DNA of 59,536 nt, the filler included, from Dugesia japonica (Eukaryota): assembly GCA_001938525.1 (NCBI GenBank). It is 6 parts of 6 records of this genome, joined end to end, with 100 filler letters (N's around TTAATTAATTAA, not from the genome) between each part and the next. Parts side by side here need not be neighbours in the genome. Positions count along the whole stretch, not along the records: positions 9,379 to 18,339 come from MQRL01611393.1; positions 18,440 to 29,625 come from MQRL01595940.1; 4 more parts are not named here. One strand, given 5' to 3'. Shown here piece after piece: positions 14,094-25,085 of the stretch. The notes under the pieces were generated by a model. That model was not told the origin of the DNA. It did not search any database and saw only the letters and a list, made by a program, of their open reading frames with translations. Position numbers and translations under genes: made by a program. Positions within the stretch are counted from its first letter, which is position 1; each line of letters starts with the position of its first letter.

Positions 14094-14500
14094 TTATTTA
14101 AAATAATTCTCTAAAGGTTTCATATAATTCATTAATTANTTCATCAAATGTTTTAAAAGAAAGTGAATATAAAAAATATAAACATAATACTCCACAGATA
14201 CTAGTTCCAAAAGTTTGAACTTGAATTTCAATATATAAATTTACTTTTACTTCTATTTTTTTAAATGGTTTTAATCTATAAAAATCAAAATAATAACTTT
14301 TTGAAAAAGCAATCTAATGAGTTCTTTTTTTATTTGAATTTGGATAATAAATGATTACCGGCGCCCGCGGGACCGATTTATTATTTTACTTGTATCTTTT
14401 AATTTCTGAAGACTGCTGTCACCACTTTTATCTTTACGGGAAAGAGTGACATGCGTGTTTCGAACTTCATCTTTCATTAAAACATCAAGTTAAAGATTTA
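14094..14500 (-). pseudogene. Adenain-type (adenoviral) cysteine protease of Maverick
   Basis: Minus-strand translation LMKDEV...RTH*IAF..YYFDFY..KP...QVQTFGTSICGVLCLYFL matches GTHW / YFDSYG / Q.Q...S..CG.YC.YFL. Confidence 0.8.
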
Positions 14501-14519
14501 AAAAATCAGCAACAGAATA

Positions 14520-15110
14520 CAAATCAAAATTACTTTTAGTATGTATACCAAATGTTTTTAAAAAATATAAGATTGTATACATTTTCTTATATGAACTATA
14601 ATTTTAAAACCAAAACCAACAGTATTTACTGGAAAATAATATAATAAATTTATTGGTAATTTATTAATATAATAACTTTTAACTAAATTACAAGTAGTAT
14701 TTATCATATTAATATTTAAAATATCAATCTTATTTTCTGAGGAGTATTTTCCTGGTAGATATTCTTTAGGGAAAAAACCTAAGATTGTATGAAAAAAAGA
14801 TTTAACATCAAATTTAAAAGAATGTTTTGTTGTTAAATTATCTTTTGTTGTTGAAAGATCTGGTGTAACTTCTATTCCATAATCTTTTAATTTATTATAT
14901 ATTTTTGTAATTTCATAAGCACCTGGTTCAATCGTATTTTTGTTCTTCTTTTAAAATAAAAGTGTTATTTTTATTAGTAACATTAAAAATTATATTATAA
15001 CAACTAAAACATATTAATCCGATTTCATAGTCTGAATCTAATTCTATTGTAATTTTTAATTTAATTTTTAAATCAAATTCTTTACCAACAACTAAAAATT
15101 GATGAGACAT
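14520..15110 (-). pseudogene. Maverick minor capsid (penton-like) protein
   Basis: IELDSDYEIGL...YNIIFNVTNKNN...EPGAYEI...ILGF...SENKIDI..IN.I..TCNLV..SY, the typical Polinton penton pattern. Confidence 0.75.
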
Positions 15111-15149
15111 TTTTTTAGGTAAAGTATTTTTACTTAAAATATTTATTTT

Positions 15150-16051
15150 TATAAACAATATATTTTTCTTGAGTAATTAATTCCTTTTTTATTTATTCTT
15201 TATTAACAGATTTAATTTCTTTATCTAAATTATTATGACCAGCTTTTACAGATGAAATTAATAATGTTAATCTTTCAAAAAAAGATACTGGATCAGTGTT
15301 TAAACCATCACCTTTAATATCTTTTTCAATAGGAATTTTTATTTTAAGCTTAGGTAATTTTGAAGTTCGCTCGCCCTCAAGACTGGAAGGAGTTTCTTTT
15401 AGCCGCAGTTAAAAATTTATAATATTTAGAATTAAGACGAATTGTAATATTAAATTTATTTAAATAAATATCTTTTGCTTCTTTATCATTACTTCCATTT
15501 CCTAAAATTAAATTCATTATTTCTTCAGAGTAAGGAATTAGTTTTTGGATATTTAAAAAGTATTTNTTAGAATCTTCTTCAAATAAATATATTACTATTT
15601 GTGATCCTTTAAGATTAGGATAAATTATATTTTGGAAGTTTTTACCATCAATAACTTCTTTTTCAATTATGGGTATATTTGTTGGAGATTTTAAAAATTC
15701 AGTATTTATAATAGTATTTGAAAAGAAAGGCGTTCTATTTTCAAAAGGGTTTGAAGATTTTGTTTGGGCCCCTTTAGGGTTTGAACTTGAATGGTACCCT
15801 CTGGGATTTTCAATTGCTTTAANNATAGGCTCTTGTTGTGTAGTTAAAGTATCTTGTAAAGTTCTTGATTCGATTACATTACTAGTAAATAAATTATTAT
15901 AATCATCTTCAGCTTTAATTAATTTTTTTAAAAGTTTTATTCTTACCAACACTTCTTCACTGTCCATTTTTAAAAAATGTTTTAAATATAAACCATCATC
16001 TTTTATTTTAACCCGGATTCCATTTTTAAAGTTTTTAGTAATCAACTTCAA
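15150..16051 (-). pseudogene. Conserved Maverick structural-block protein
   Basis: C-terminal DPVSFFERLTLLISSVKAGHNNLDKEI matches the DP..L..RL.LL..S..AGN...EI motif common in Mavericks; frameshift near 15377. Confidence 0.6.
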
Positions 16052-16059
16052 TTCTGAGT

Positions 16060-16467
16060 TTGGTAAACAATTTTTTTAATATTTATGAATTGAACTTCCT
16101 TGATATGGTTTTAAGTAAAGTCTTGAAGCAGAACTAGTTTTATTTTCTAAATCTTTTTTCTGTAATTCAACTAATTCAATTTCTTTTTGTTTTTTAATTT
16201 TATCCAGAGCTTGCGCTTGAGCGGATCTAGAATTACTAACTGTACTTGCGACTGCACTGGCAGCACCAGCTGCACCTGCTATGCAGCAATTATAGCTGGT
16301 ATTGCAGCTAGAAAAGCAAATGCACCTTCATGTTCTTTTCCTAGTTTCTTTTTTATTTCTTCTTTAACTTGTTTACCAATCCAATGGTTTTTACCATTAA
16401 TTTTTATAGATCTTCTTTTATTTGAATTTACTAAATCAATTAATATATGTTCTGATACTGAAGACAT
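16060..16467 (-). pseudogene. Maverick core/membrane-lytic-like small protein (adenain-substrate type)
   Basis: HEGAFAFLAAIPAIIAA...GAAGAASAVA...RLYLKPYQGS resembles xxGG/FL-hydrophobic and G.GLYL.PY.G motifs. Confidence 0.55.
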
Positions 16468-16498
16468 TTTGTTAAGATAAACTTTTTTACTTATAAAA

Positions 16499-17095
16499 AT
16501 GGAATATAGTGAGAAAGAAAGAATGATGTGAAAAGAGATAACAGATTTTTTACAAGATAATAATAACTTAGAGTTGTTTATTGAAGACCATAAATATTGT
16601 AAATGTTTTGTACATATATATGAATATATTAAATTTACACAAGTAAAATTAAAAGATCCCAGTAGGTCCCATGAAGTAAAATTTAAAGATCCCAGAGGGT
16701 CCCGTAATAGAAGATTTGAAAATAAAACTAATCATAAAGTTGAACCAGAAATCCCAGAGGGCCCCATTAAAGGTATTTATGTATATAAAACCGAATCTAG
16801 ATCACTGCTTGAATATAAATATAAATATCCTTGAGGGGCCCAACCTCCAGAACAATCAAACTTAGAAGAACCTAGAGGGGCTCAACCAAAACAATTGAAC
16901 AAGTATTTATTGAATTTCACGAAGAATCCCAAACTGAACAACCTTCTTCACCTTTAACAAGAGTTAAATTTAAATATAGATTTTTCAAACAACAATGTTT
17001 AAGTTCTTTCAAAAGTACTAAAATAGATTTACCTGAGATTATCCCCATTGAAAATAATACATGTATAGATTCAATAATTATTAATATTAAAACAT
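16499..17095 (+). pseudogene. Maverick hypothetical protein, rich in GC micro-palindromes
   Basis: Degenerate frame from ATG 16499 that includes ORF 16574-16834; divergent from the structural block. Confidence 0.45.
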
Positions 17096-17225
17096 NNNNN
17101 NNNNNNNNNNNNNNNNNNNNNNNNNNNNNNNNNNNNNNNNNNNNNNNNNNNNNNNNNNNNNNNNNNNNNNNNNNNNNNNNNNNNNNNNNNNNNNNNNNNN
17201 NNNNNNNNNNNNNNNNNNNNNNNNN

Positions 17226-18323
17226 AATATAAACTATTCTTATCAATATATTACTAAATTAATGAGATATTATAATTTATGTGAAAAACATCCAATTTTA
17301 TTTACTTGTACATTGTCTTGGTATAAAATAAATAATAATTTTAAAAGAACGAAGAAATTTTAAACCAAGATAATGAAATAATTTTAGATGTAGAAACTTT
17401 AAATAGAGAAGAAGATGAATATTCAGATGAAGATCCCTAAAGGTCCCATTTTTGAGTGAAAAGTTTCCGGCCAGGAAATTATCATATCTTTTTTACATCT
17501 TTAACTCTAAAATAAGTCTTCCATTAAAATNNNNNNNNNNNNNNNNNNNNNNNNNNNNNNNNNNNNNNNNNNNNNNNNNNNNNNNNNNNNNNNNNNNNNN
17601 NNNNNNNNNNNNNNNNNNNNNNNNNNNNNNNNNNNNNNNNNNNNNNNNNNNNNNNNNNNNNNNNNNNNNNNNNNNNNNNNNNNNNNNNNNNNNNNNNNNN
17701 NNNNNNNNNNNNNNNNNNNNNNNNNNNNNNNNNNNNNNNNNNNNNNNNNNNNNNNNNNNNNNNNNNNNNNNNNNNNNNNNNNTTTCTGAATTTCTTGATC
17801 TTTCACATTTACAACATCTTCAAAAATTATTAAATTCTTTTTCTGTTTAGATAATTTATCACAAGGAATAATTTCATTTGGTTTATTACTTAANNNNNNN
17901 NNNNNNNNNNNNNNNNNNNNNNNNNNNNNNNNNNNNNNNNNNNAGAAGATATTTACAAATTTTAGCTACAAAAGTAGATAGAAATAAGTCTGAACTTTTG
18001 AAAATAATGAAAGATAACAATATAAACTATTCTTATCAATATATTACTAAATTAATGAGATATTATAATTTATGTGAAAAACATCCAATTTTATTTACTT
18101 GTACATTGTCTTGGTATAAAATAAAGAATAATTTTAAAAGAACGAAGAAATTTTAAACCAAGATAATGAAATAATTTTAGATTTAGAAACTTTAAATAGA
18201 GAAGAAGATGAATATTCAGATGAAGATCCCTAAAGGTCCCATCCTTGAGTGAAAAGTTTCCGGCAAGGAAATTATCATATCTTTTTTACATCTTTAACTC
18301 TAAAATAAGTCTTCCATTAAAAT
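17226..18323 (+). repeat. Near-identical ~305-bp direct duplication (17226-17530 and 18019-18323)
   Basis: Same sequence with a few substitutions; both copies lie next to N gaps. Confidence 0.85.
17785..18156 (+). pseudogene. Maverick hypothetical protein (gapped)
   Basis: YITKLMRYYNLCEKHPILFTCTLSWYKIKNN; 3' part duplicated at 17226-17363. Confidence 0.45.
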
Positions 18324-18339
18324 GTTGGCTTCTCTATCT

Positions 18340-18439
18340 NNNNNNNNNNNNNNNNNNNNNNNNNNNNNNNNNNNNNNNNNNNNTTAATTAATTAANNNNN
18401 NNNNNNNNNNNNNNNNNNNNNNNNNNNNNNNNNNNNNNN
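18340..18439. other. Artificial contig-joining spacer
   Basis: 44N-TTAATTAATTAA-44N. Confidence 0.95.
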
Positions 18440-18869
18440 CAAAACAAGTTATATTTTACGTATTGTGATTTTCTAAATATTTTAATTTTTATATTAAAAT
18501 TAATTTTGTTTTCGTTTACAATTTACTTGAGCAAAATATTTTTTTGCATCATCATGAATGTAAATATTGATTAATTTACAATTTATTTTCTGGTATTTAA
18601 ATTAATTAAATTGTGTTTTATTGATCAACACTGATTAGATAATTTAATTATAGGATTTTCCATTTTTCTGAAAATTTTTCTTATTTTATTATCACAAAGT
18701 AAATTCCTAATAATTAATAGACACTCATGATTATCATAATCATTAAAAATTTTAATTTTTGTAATTTTGTTGCATTAGAAAAAATTTAATTATTACGTAA
18801 TTAATAATNTAACTAATAAATTTTCACATTGTTTTAATTAATTCACTGATATTATAATATCATATATTA

Positions 18870-19639
18870 ATAGGTTAGCGGAAAAGTTTTGTCGGCTTTT
18901 TCAAAATGTACAAATTTTATTAATAATAAAAGTTTACTAATCATGATTTATTAATAGACAAATTAGTAGTCAAAGTAGCCCCTTGCGGTATCAACAATAT
19001 TCAATCAGGTTATAGAAAACATTAAGATTCCGCGACAATAAAACTCTTATTTTTTCGAATCAAATAATTTTTAAATATTCTGTTTCATATTGTCAATATA
19101 TTGGTGTCCTTTTAAAAGATGCTCCATTGAAGGGAATAGGTGATAGACACTTGAAGTTTAGTCCAAACTGAACGTCAGGTAATCCATAACTTCCCATAAA
19201 ACATCTTTAAGCTGTTCCTTTGTTGCATTTGCTGTTTGAGACTTAGCATTCTCGTACAACAAAATGACTGAGAACGGACGGCAACACAACCTCTGCTTAA
19301 CTGTATGTAAGATTCAGCAATACAAATCGGCCTTTCTATATTGGTCATTCTGTAGAAGTTTTCAGTTAATACCGCGACAATCCCAGAAGCTCATCAATAT
19401 TCCCTTGTCGTTTCGAAAGTATTTAACCGCAGTTGAATATGGATGTTAGCCCGGTGATCTCCATTTAATTTTTCTATGCAAATTGCTCCAAGCCACTCAA
19501 CGTTTTATTACAGGTAACAATATGTTCCAAGGACAACTGACTATTCTCTTATAATATGTTGAAGAATAAATAAGTTTCATTACATTTATATAATTTTTTA
19601 CATTTTGAAAAAAACGACAAAACTTTTCCACCAACCTAT
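18870..19639 (-). mobile_element. Internally deleted mariner element with both TIRs and TA TSD
   Basis: TIRs ATAGGTTAGCGGAAAAGTTTTGTCG and CGACAAAACTTTTCCACCAACCTAT, flanked by TA; minus-strand ILLYENAKSQTA...WEVM...YHLFPSMEHLL...FDSK..FYCRGI. Confidence 0.9.
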
Positions 19640-20359
19640 TACATATGTAATCACACATGATTACAGCTCTTTTAATACGGTGAATAGGTTTCTCAAAAAT
19701 TCCTGTGAAATAAAAAACTTTGTCTATATTAAAATTGTGATTACGTTTCATGTAATGCGAAAACCTTGAAATTAATAATTATATTTCGTTTAAATACCGT
19801 GTAAAAGATCTTATATGCATACTAATAATATGGCATGTCATTTACGAATCTTTGTAACTTTCAACGTTTTGTTATTTATTTTAAGTTAAATTTGAAAAAA
19901 TGTAAAATGAAAATATAATCAGAAATGTTCAAATATAAGTGATTTTACTTTGTATGGCTGATAACACAAACTATTGAGTAAATATTGTGATCGAATTTAT
20001 TTGAACAATTTAACAATATAATATTAAATACAATATTCTTTTCTGATATTCCTGATTTTTTAAATAATTATCAATAGTAAATATATTTGCTATATATTTA
20101 GAAATTACTGTATTTTCCTTAATTTATTAGTTTAAACAAATATTAGGATTAGTGCTAAAGACACTTCAACTAACAATACAAATTTGTTGGTAAGAGTTAT
20201 TGAATTAGGAAAATGCCCATTAACTTCTACGTTAAAGAAGAGCGCAATACTGCTTCATTTTTGAATAGTCTTAAAAATAAGAATTCCTTTAATAAATCGT
20301 TACCAAAGACTGCAATACGTACATAATTACAATACAATGACTTCAAAAAATTTAATAAA

Positions 20360-20460
20360 TACAATTATTGTGAGAATAATTGTTGGTCGCATTTGAGATT
20401 TCATTAAAATAAGAAAAAGCTTCGATCAAAATAAAATATATTTGTAAAAAGGTTCAAATT
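20360..20460 (-). repeat. Dispersed repeat with terminal hairpin (copy)
   Basis: Reverse complement of the 6608-6738 family. Confidence 0.8.
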
Positions 20461-21218
20461 NNNNNNNNNNNNNNNNNNNNNNNNNNNNNNNNNNNNNNNN
20501 NNNNNNNNNNNNNNNNNNNNNNNNNNNNNNNNNNNNNNNNNNNNNNNNNNNAATTTTTTTCGAAATTTTATTGGTTTATATTTTCTTATTTTAATTATGG
20601 ATTTTAATTTTTATTTTTAAATCAACTCAAAAATTTTTTAAATTAATACAGAAAAGTCTTTTAGATATTCTAGAAATTTCGATATATTATACTAAGAATT
20701 TTTTAATTTGAAATTTTTGTATTTTTTCTTTGAAAATTTTAAAAAATTTTATTTTTTGTTTTTTTATATATAATTTATGTTATTTTAAATAAATGTTCAA
20801 TTCAAAAATTCATTCAAAAATGAACTAATTTTACACAAAATTATAAAATTAATTTTTTTGAACTAAAATTTTTAAAAGTTTCTTTCAAATTCGTATTTGC
20901 ACAACTTTTCTATTTAATTAATATTATTTCGTTTTTTATATTTTTTATATATAAATATATTTATTTTAAACATATTATTTATANNNNNNNNNNNNNNNNN
21001 NNNNNNNNNNNNNNNNNNNNNNNNNNNNNNNNNNNNNNNNNNNNNNNNNNNNNNNNNNNNNNNNNNNNNNNNNNNNNNNNNNNNNNNNNNNNNNNNNNNN
21101 NNNNNNNNNNNNNNNNNNNNNNNNNNNNNNNNNNNNNNNNNNNNNNNNNNNNNNNNNNNNNNNNNNNNNNNNNNNNNNNNNNNNNNNNNNNNNNNNNNNN
21201 NNNNNNNNNNNNNNNNNA

Positions 21219-21640
21219 GATGTTCTTTAATTCTTGTACGGATGGTTCTGAATGATTTTCCTATATATGTATCCTTACATAAGGTGCATATTATTTTGTA
21301 AGTGGTATTTTTTTATTGCATATATTTCTACGATCACAAATGCATTTGGGACCACAAAATATTTGTCTTGGTTTCTGTAATTGGAGTTCTTCTATATTCC
21401 TATCAATTTCATATGTTGTATTTTCAAGTCTCTGTAATTGGCGTTTGAGACTATAAATGGAAGCTTCAATCATTGTAATAATGGAAGAGTCAGAGGCTCC
21501 TGAATTTTTAGAGATATATAGCTTGGTCCTTTATTTAATAATTCATTTTGTTTGTCAGTAAATGTATATTCTGTTAAATTTTGGAACGGAAGAACTGTTG
21601 TATTTTCAATAATATCTGAGTGTAGAATTGTTTTCATTTT
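21219..21640 (-). mobile_element. Penelope-like element N-terminal domain remnant
   Basis: Minus-strand FQNLTEYTFTDKQNELLNKGPSY fits the Penelope NLS..LT..E..LL.KG..Y motif; continues into ORF 21291-21473. Confidence 0.5.
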
Positions 21641-21872
21641 AATTTTATCTTCTGTTTTAGTTTTTTTCAGAAAGTAGAGTTCTCAATTTCTTTTGTTTGT
21701 TGAGATCATTAATGTTTTTAAATTTTCATTATGATTCTTCATTTTCTTCATTTAGAGGAAATGGTAGTGGTTTATTTCCCTTGAGATAATTGAGTTCGCT
21801 ATAGAGTCTTTTACTCTTTTAATTAAAGAAAGCTATGACGTTTAAATAGTTCTTCGGATTGATGACATTGAA

Positions 21873-21968
21873 ATTATTTTGATCGAAGCTTTTTCTTATT
21901 TTAATGAAATCTCAAATGTGATCAAAGGTTAAGTCCAACAATTATTCTCACAATAATTGTAATTATAA
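21873..21968 (+). repeat. Dispersed repeat with terminal hairpin (copy)
   Basis: Near-identical to 6645-6738. Confidence 0.8.
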
Positions 21969-22867
21969 GATTTTTATGGCTGACGCAATCAACCGTGGAC
22001 CTTTTGATTTATTCAATGCAATAAAAATTTACAAAATTCAAAATCATATCAAATTTATAAGTGAGTGTAAAAGAAGAGAATTAATACCATTTGGTTTGAG
22101 AACTAAAAACAAAGTCAAGAATACATTTCAATGTCATCAATCCGAATGATTGAAATTTATAAATTTAAAGCTGTGAAATTATTGAAAATATTGTATATTT
22201 GTTTAAATATTTGTAATAGATAATTTTAATAATAAATACTGACTCTGTTTTTCTAAATAAATTATCCAAAAAAATTATTGACTTTTGTATAATTAAAAAC
22301 TTAAAAATAAAGGAAATTATTAAGCAATTTTTAAAATAAAAATAACGTTTTTCTCGAGAATTTTCTATTATAAAAAGAACTTCACACACACAAATATTTA
22401 TTTATACAATTACTCCATCCCAAAGAAAAGTGGATTTAATAAATTTAATTTTAATTTAGATAAATTGTTTTATTTCTAATTGATATTGGTTTTAATTATC
22501 TATTTTGTTTTAATCACTTTGAAAATGTTTGAATTTTAAAATGGCAAATCTTTCGGAAGACCAACAATTATTGCTTCTATTACATTTTGAAATATAGTTG
22601 GTCAAAATGAGAAAAGTGGAACCCAATTACGGTTCTGTCAAAGAATTAAGTCACGCTTTCGAAGTTAATAAAAAAGATATCATAATTTCTAGTTCTAGAA
22701 GACCTTATATTAAAAATTATTAAGAGAGATGAGCAGCAGTGTCGAATACATTCGTATGCGCAGCAACAGTAGCAAATTCGATATTTCAAAAGCATTTATC
22801 TCGTATAAATTTGAAAAATACCTGGTTTTTTACATCTTTTAAAAATCCACTTTTTTATGAAATGGAG

Positions 22868-22902
<35 letters not shown>

Positions 22903-23544
22903 AAATTTAATTTTAAACTAAATAAAACATACACATATACTAATCATCTGTAAATGTAAATGTTAAAAATAAAACATTTTAAAATTATCAAAATATCTCC
23001 ATTAAATTATTCTATTGATTTTCATTCTATTAAAAACGTTCTCATATGATGATATAAATATGAAAATTCGGATTTATCAATTTCACTGGAAGCAAAATAT
23101 TCTTTAGAAATGCTGAATGCTTCGGTAATGAGATTCAGTTGCAGACTATAGGTTTGTAGAACAAATAATGTTCTTCATTACAGATAAGATTTATTACATT
23201 CTAATATTTATAAAAGTAAACCTTATCATCTAATATAACCATATTTTACATTATTAACGTCGGAAATCGCTTATTTCTGTCCGGTTCTTTGAGCAAAATC
23301 TAGAAAAACATCCACTGATTTTGAATTATACCATAACGTTTAATTTTGTAGTTAAATGAAAAGTAAAGATTGATGCTAGAGTAATCACGATAAAATACAT
23401 TACACGTGAACATAAGCACAATCAGTTAAATCAATGAATGAGCTAGCTGGGTGCGTTGTTAAGCGAGATATATCGAGATTTATGATCCGATTTATGAATT
23501 AACTGCAAAGTCGTTTTCAAAATATCTCGGGAAATTATTTTCTT

Positions 23545-23589
23545 CGTGGTTCACCTATAGGTTCGCGAACCCTAGTTTGAGAACCATTG
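23545..23589 (-). mobile_element. hAT (Charlie-like) terminus
   Basis: Minus strand CAATGGTTCTCAAACTAGGGTTCGCGAACC resembles CAGTGGTTCTCAAACT.GGG; partner end not found. Confidence 0.45.
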
Positions 23590-23716
23590 CTATATTAGTA
23601 AAGGGGTAGTGAGTTTAAACCTCAGCACACATTTAGTAAGCCCCGCTCCGTTGACATAATTAGATAATGACGTACGTGAGGTGACTTTTTTTATGTGGTT
23701 TTAGTTGGGAAATCTA

Positions 23717-24290
23717 TTTGCTCACAAATTATGTCATGCGATTAATTTCATCGGTGCAATTTTACGTAATAGGATTAAGAAAAGCTACTTTTTCCTGTGG
23801 TTTTAGTTGTCAAAATTTTTAGGCTTTTTAGGCGGCAAGAGTTCTTGTACTTTCCTGTGGTTTTAGTTGGGAAAATTCTTTAGGCATTTTAGTTGGGGAT
23901 TTGCTCGGTGAGGTGGAATGAGGTCAGTTTTTAATCGGTTTTAGATGGTTTTTGTCTAAAATTTCCTCGGAATGGTTATTTTGGTCAATTATTTAGTTAA
24001 TTGGTAGAATATTTCCTCAGGATATCTCAGTTTGGGTAATTTTCAAGTGAATTGGTCTAATTTTTCCTCGCTATTGGTAATTTTTTGGGGAATTGGTCAA
24101 ATTATTCATCGGGATTTATAAATTTTGGGTGATTTAGTTGAATATTTCCTCGGGATTAGTCAATTTGGGTAATGTTTGGATGATTTGGTCAATTTTCAGT
24201 TGGTTCAGGGAAACGTGGCTCATTTTTGGACGAATCAGTCAATTATATAAACGAGAATGGTAACTTGGTTAATTTTTAGGCAAAGGTGGT
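23717..24290 (+). repeat. Left arm of long inverted repeat (modular TTGGTCAA / TTTCCTCGG repeat family)
   Basis: Reverse-complement match to 29096-29540, e.g. TTACGTAATAGGATTAAGA..GCTACTTTTTCCTGTGGTTTTAGTTG. Confidence 0.85.
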
Positions 24291-24712
24291 CAAATATTTC
24301 GTCGGAATAGGTCTTTGGGCAAACTTGATCGGTTTTAGGTAATTTTTGAGCGATTTGGTTAGGAATTTACTCAGTGAGATCGATTTTTGATTGGTTTTAG
24401 ATGGGTTTTGTCCAAACTTTGCTCGGTGAGGTCAAATAAGATAATCTTTTCTCATCATTTCGATTTATTTTATCTTCTTCTATACTGACTCCATCGACAA
24501 AATGTAATCAATGTAGTCGTTCTTGTTTTTGTCCCATTACTACATCATGATCTGTCACGCTGCCATAGTCTTCTTTTGATTCGTCCAATTCCTCTTGAAT
24601 ACACAAAATTTTAGTGTTTATTCTACTTGACGAACCCTGTTAAATCGAATAAGATCTAAAATTATGGCCAGATTTGCCGCAAATTAAAAATTTGTCTTTT
24701 AATGAGCATACG

Positions 24713-24760
24713 GCTGGACGTAGTGGTGTGCGTCTGTAATCCAACTACTAGGAAGCCGGT
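24713..24760 (+). pseudogene. 7SL (SRP) RNA 5' Alu-domain fragment
   Basis: GCTGGACGTAGTGGTGTGCGTCTGTAATCCAACTACTAGGAAGCCG aligns with the metazoan 7SL 5' end GCCGGGCGCGGTGGCGCGTGCCTGTAGTCCCAGCTACTCGGGAGGCTG; truncated. Confidence 0.75.
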
Positions 24761-24774
24761 TATATAAATGATTT

Positions 24775-25085
24775 TGTCAATTTTCCTTGGGTTCCATCAG
24801 ACTAATATGTAATCAATGCGGAATCGATAAACTGTCCTTCTTTATGCTGATCAAATCGACTTGCATCGTTTCGATTCGTTTTGCTGCTTCTTCGACATTT
24901 TCCTTCTTGCTTGTCAATCAAATCTTGTCTAAATCGCTGTGTTCATCGGGGAAATCGATTCGTATGTACATTTCTTTATGGATGTTTTGAATGTTTGCTT
25001 TTCCTTTACCGATAATGTTCTTAAGATATTGTTTGAAGATTTTGACGTCTTTTTGTATAGTTGTTTTTGATAACTTAAATTTATG
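24775..25085 (-). pseudogene. HDLBP: Vigilin (HDLBP) KH-domain gene fragment
   Basis: VKIFKQYLKNIIGKGKANIQNIHKEMYIRIDFPDEHSDLDKI*LTSKKENVEEAAKRIETMQVDL...LSIPH*LHISLM parallels vigilin VPIFKQFHKNIIGKGGANIKKIREE..TKIDLP...VSIPAKLHNSLIG; in-frame stops. Confidence 0.8.

Larger units (their letters stand above)
9379..18339. mobile_element. Degenerate Polinton/Maverick (endogenous adintovirus-like) fragment 1, filling the whole contig
   Basis: Intronless pPolB on +, convergent block of minus-strand genes (adenain, penton, fibre-like, core-like); integrase, ATPase, MCP and TIRs not seen in this contig. Confidence 0.9.

Noticed and set aside
17226-18323. Biological tandem gene duplication in the Maverick
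   Set aside because: Both copies abut N gaps and are near-identical; could be a haplotype or assembly artefact
22540-22760. Tc1/mariner-like N-terminal HTH remnant (GKSFGRP...)
   Set aside because: Only a GRP motif; no TIR or catalytic motifs seen
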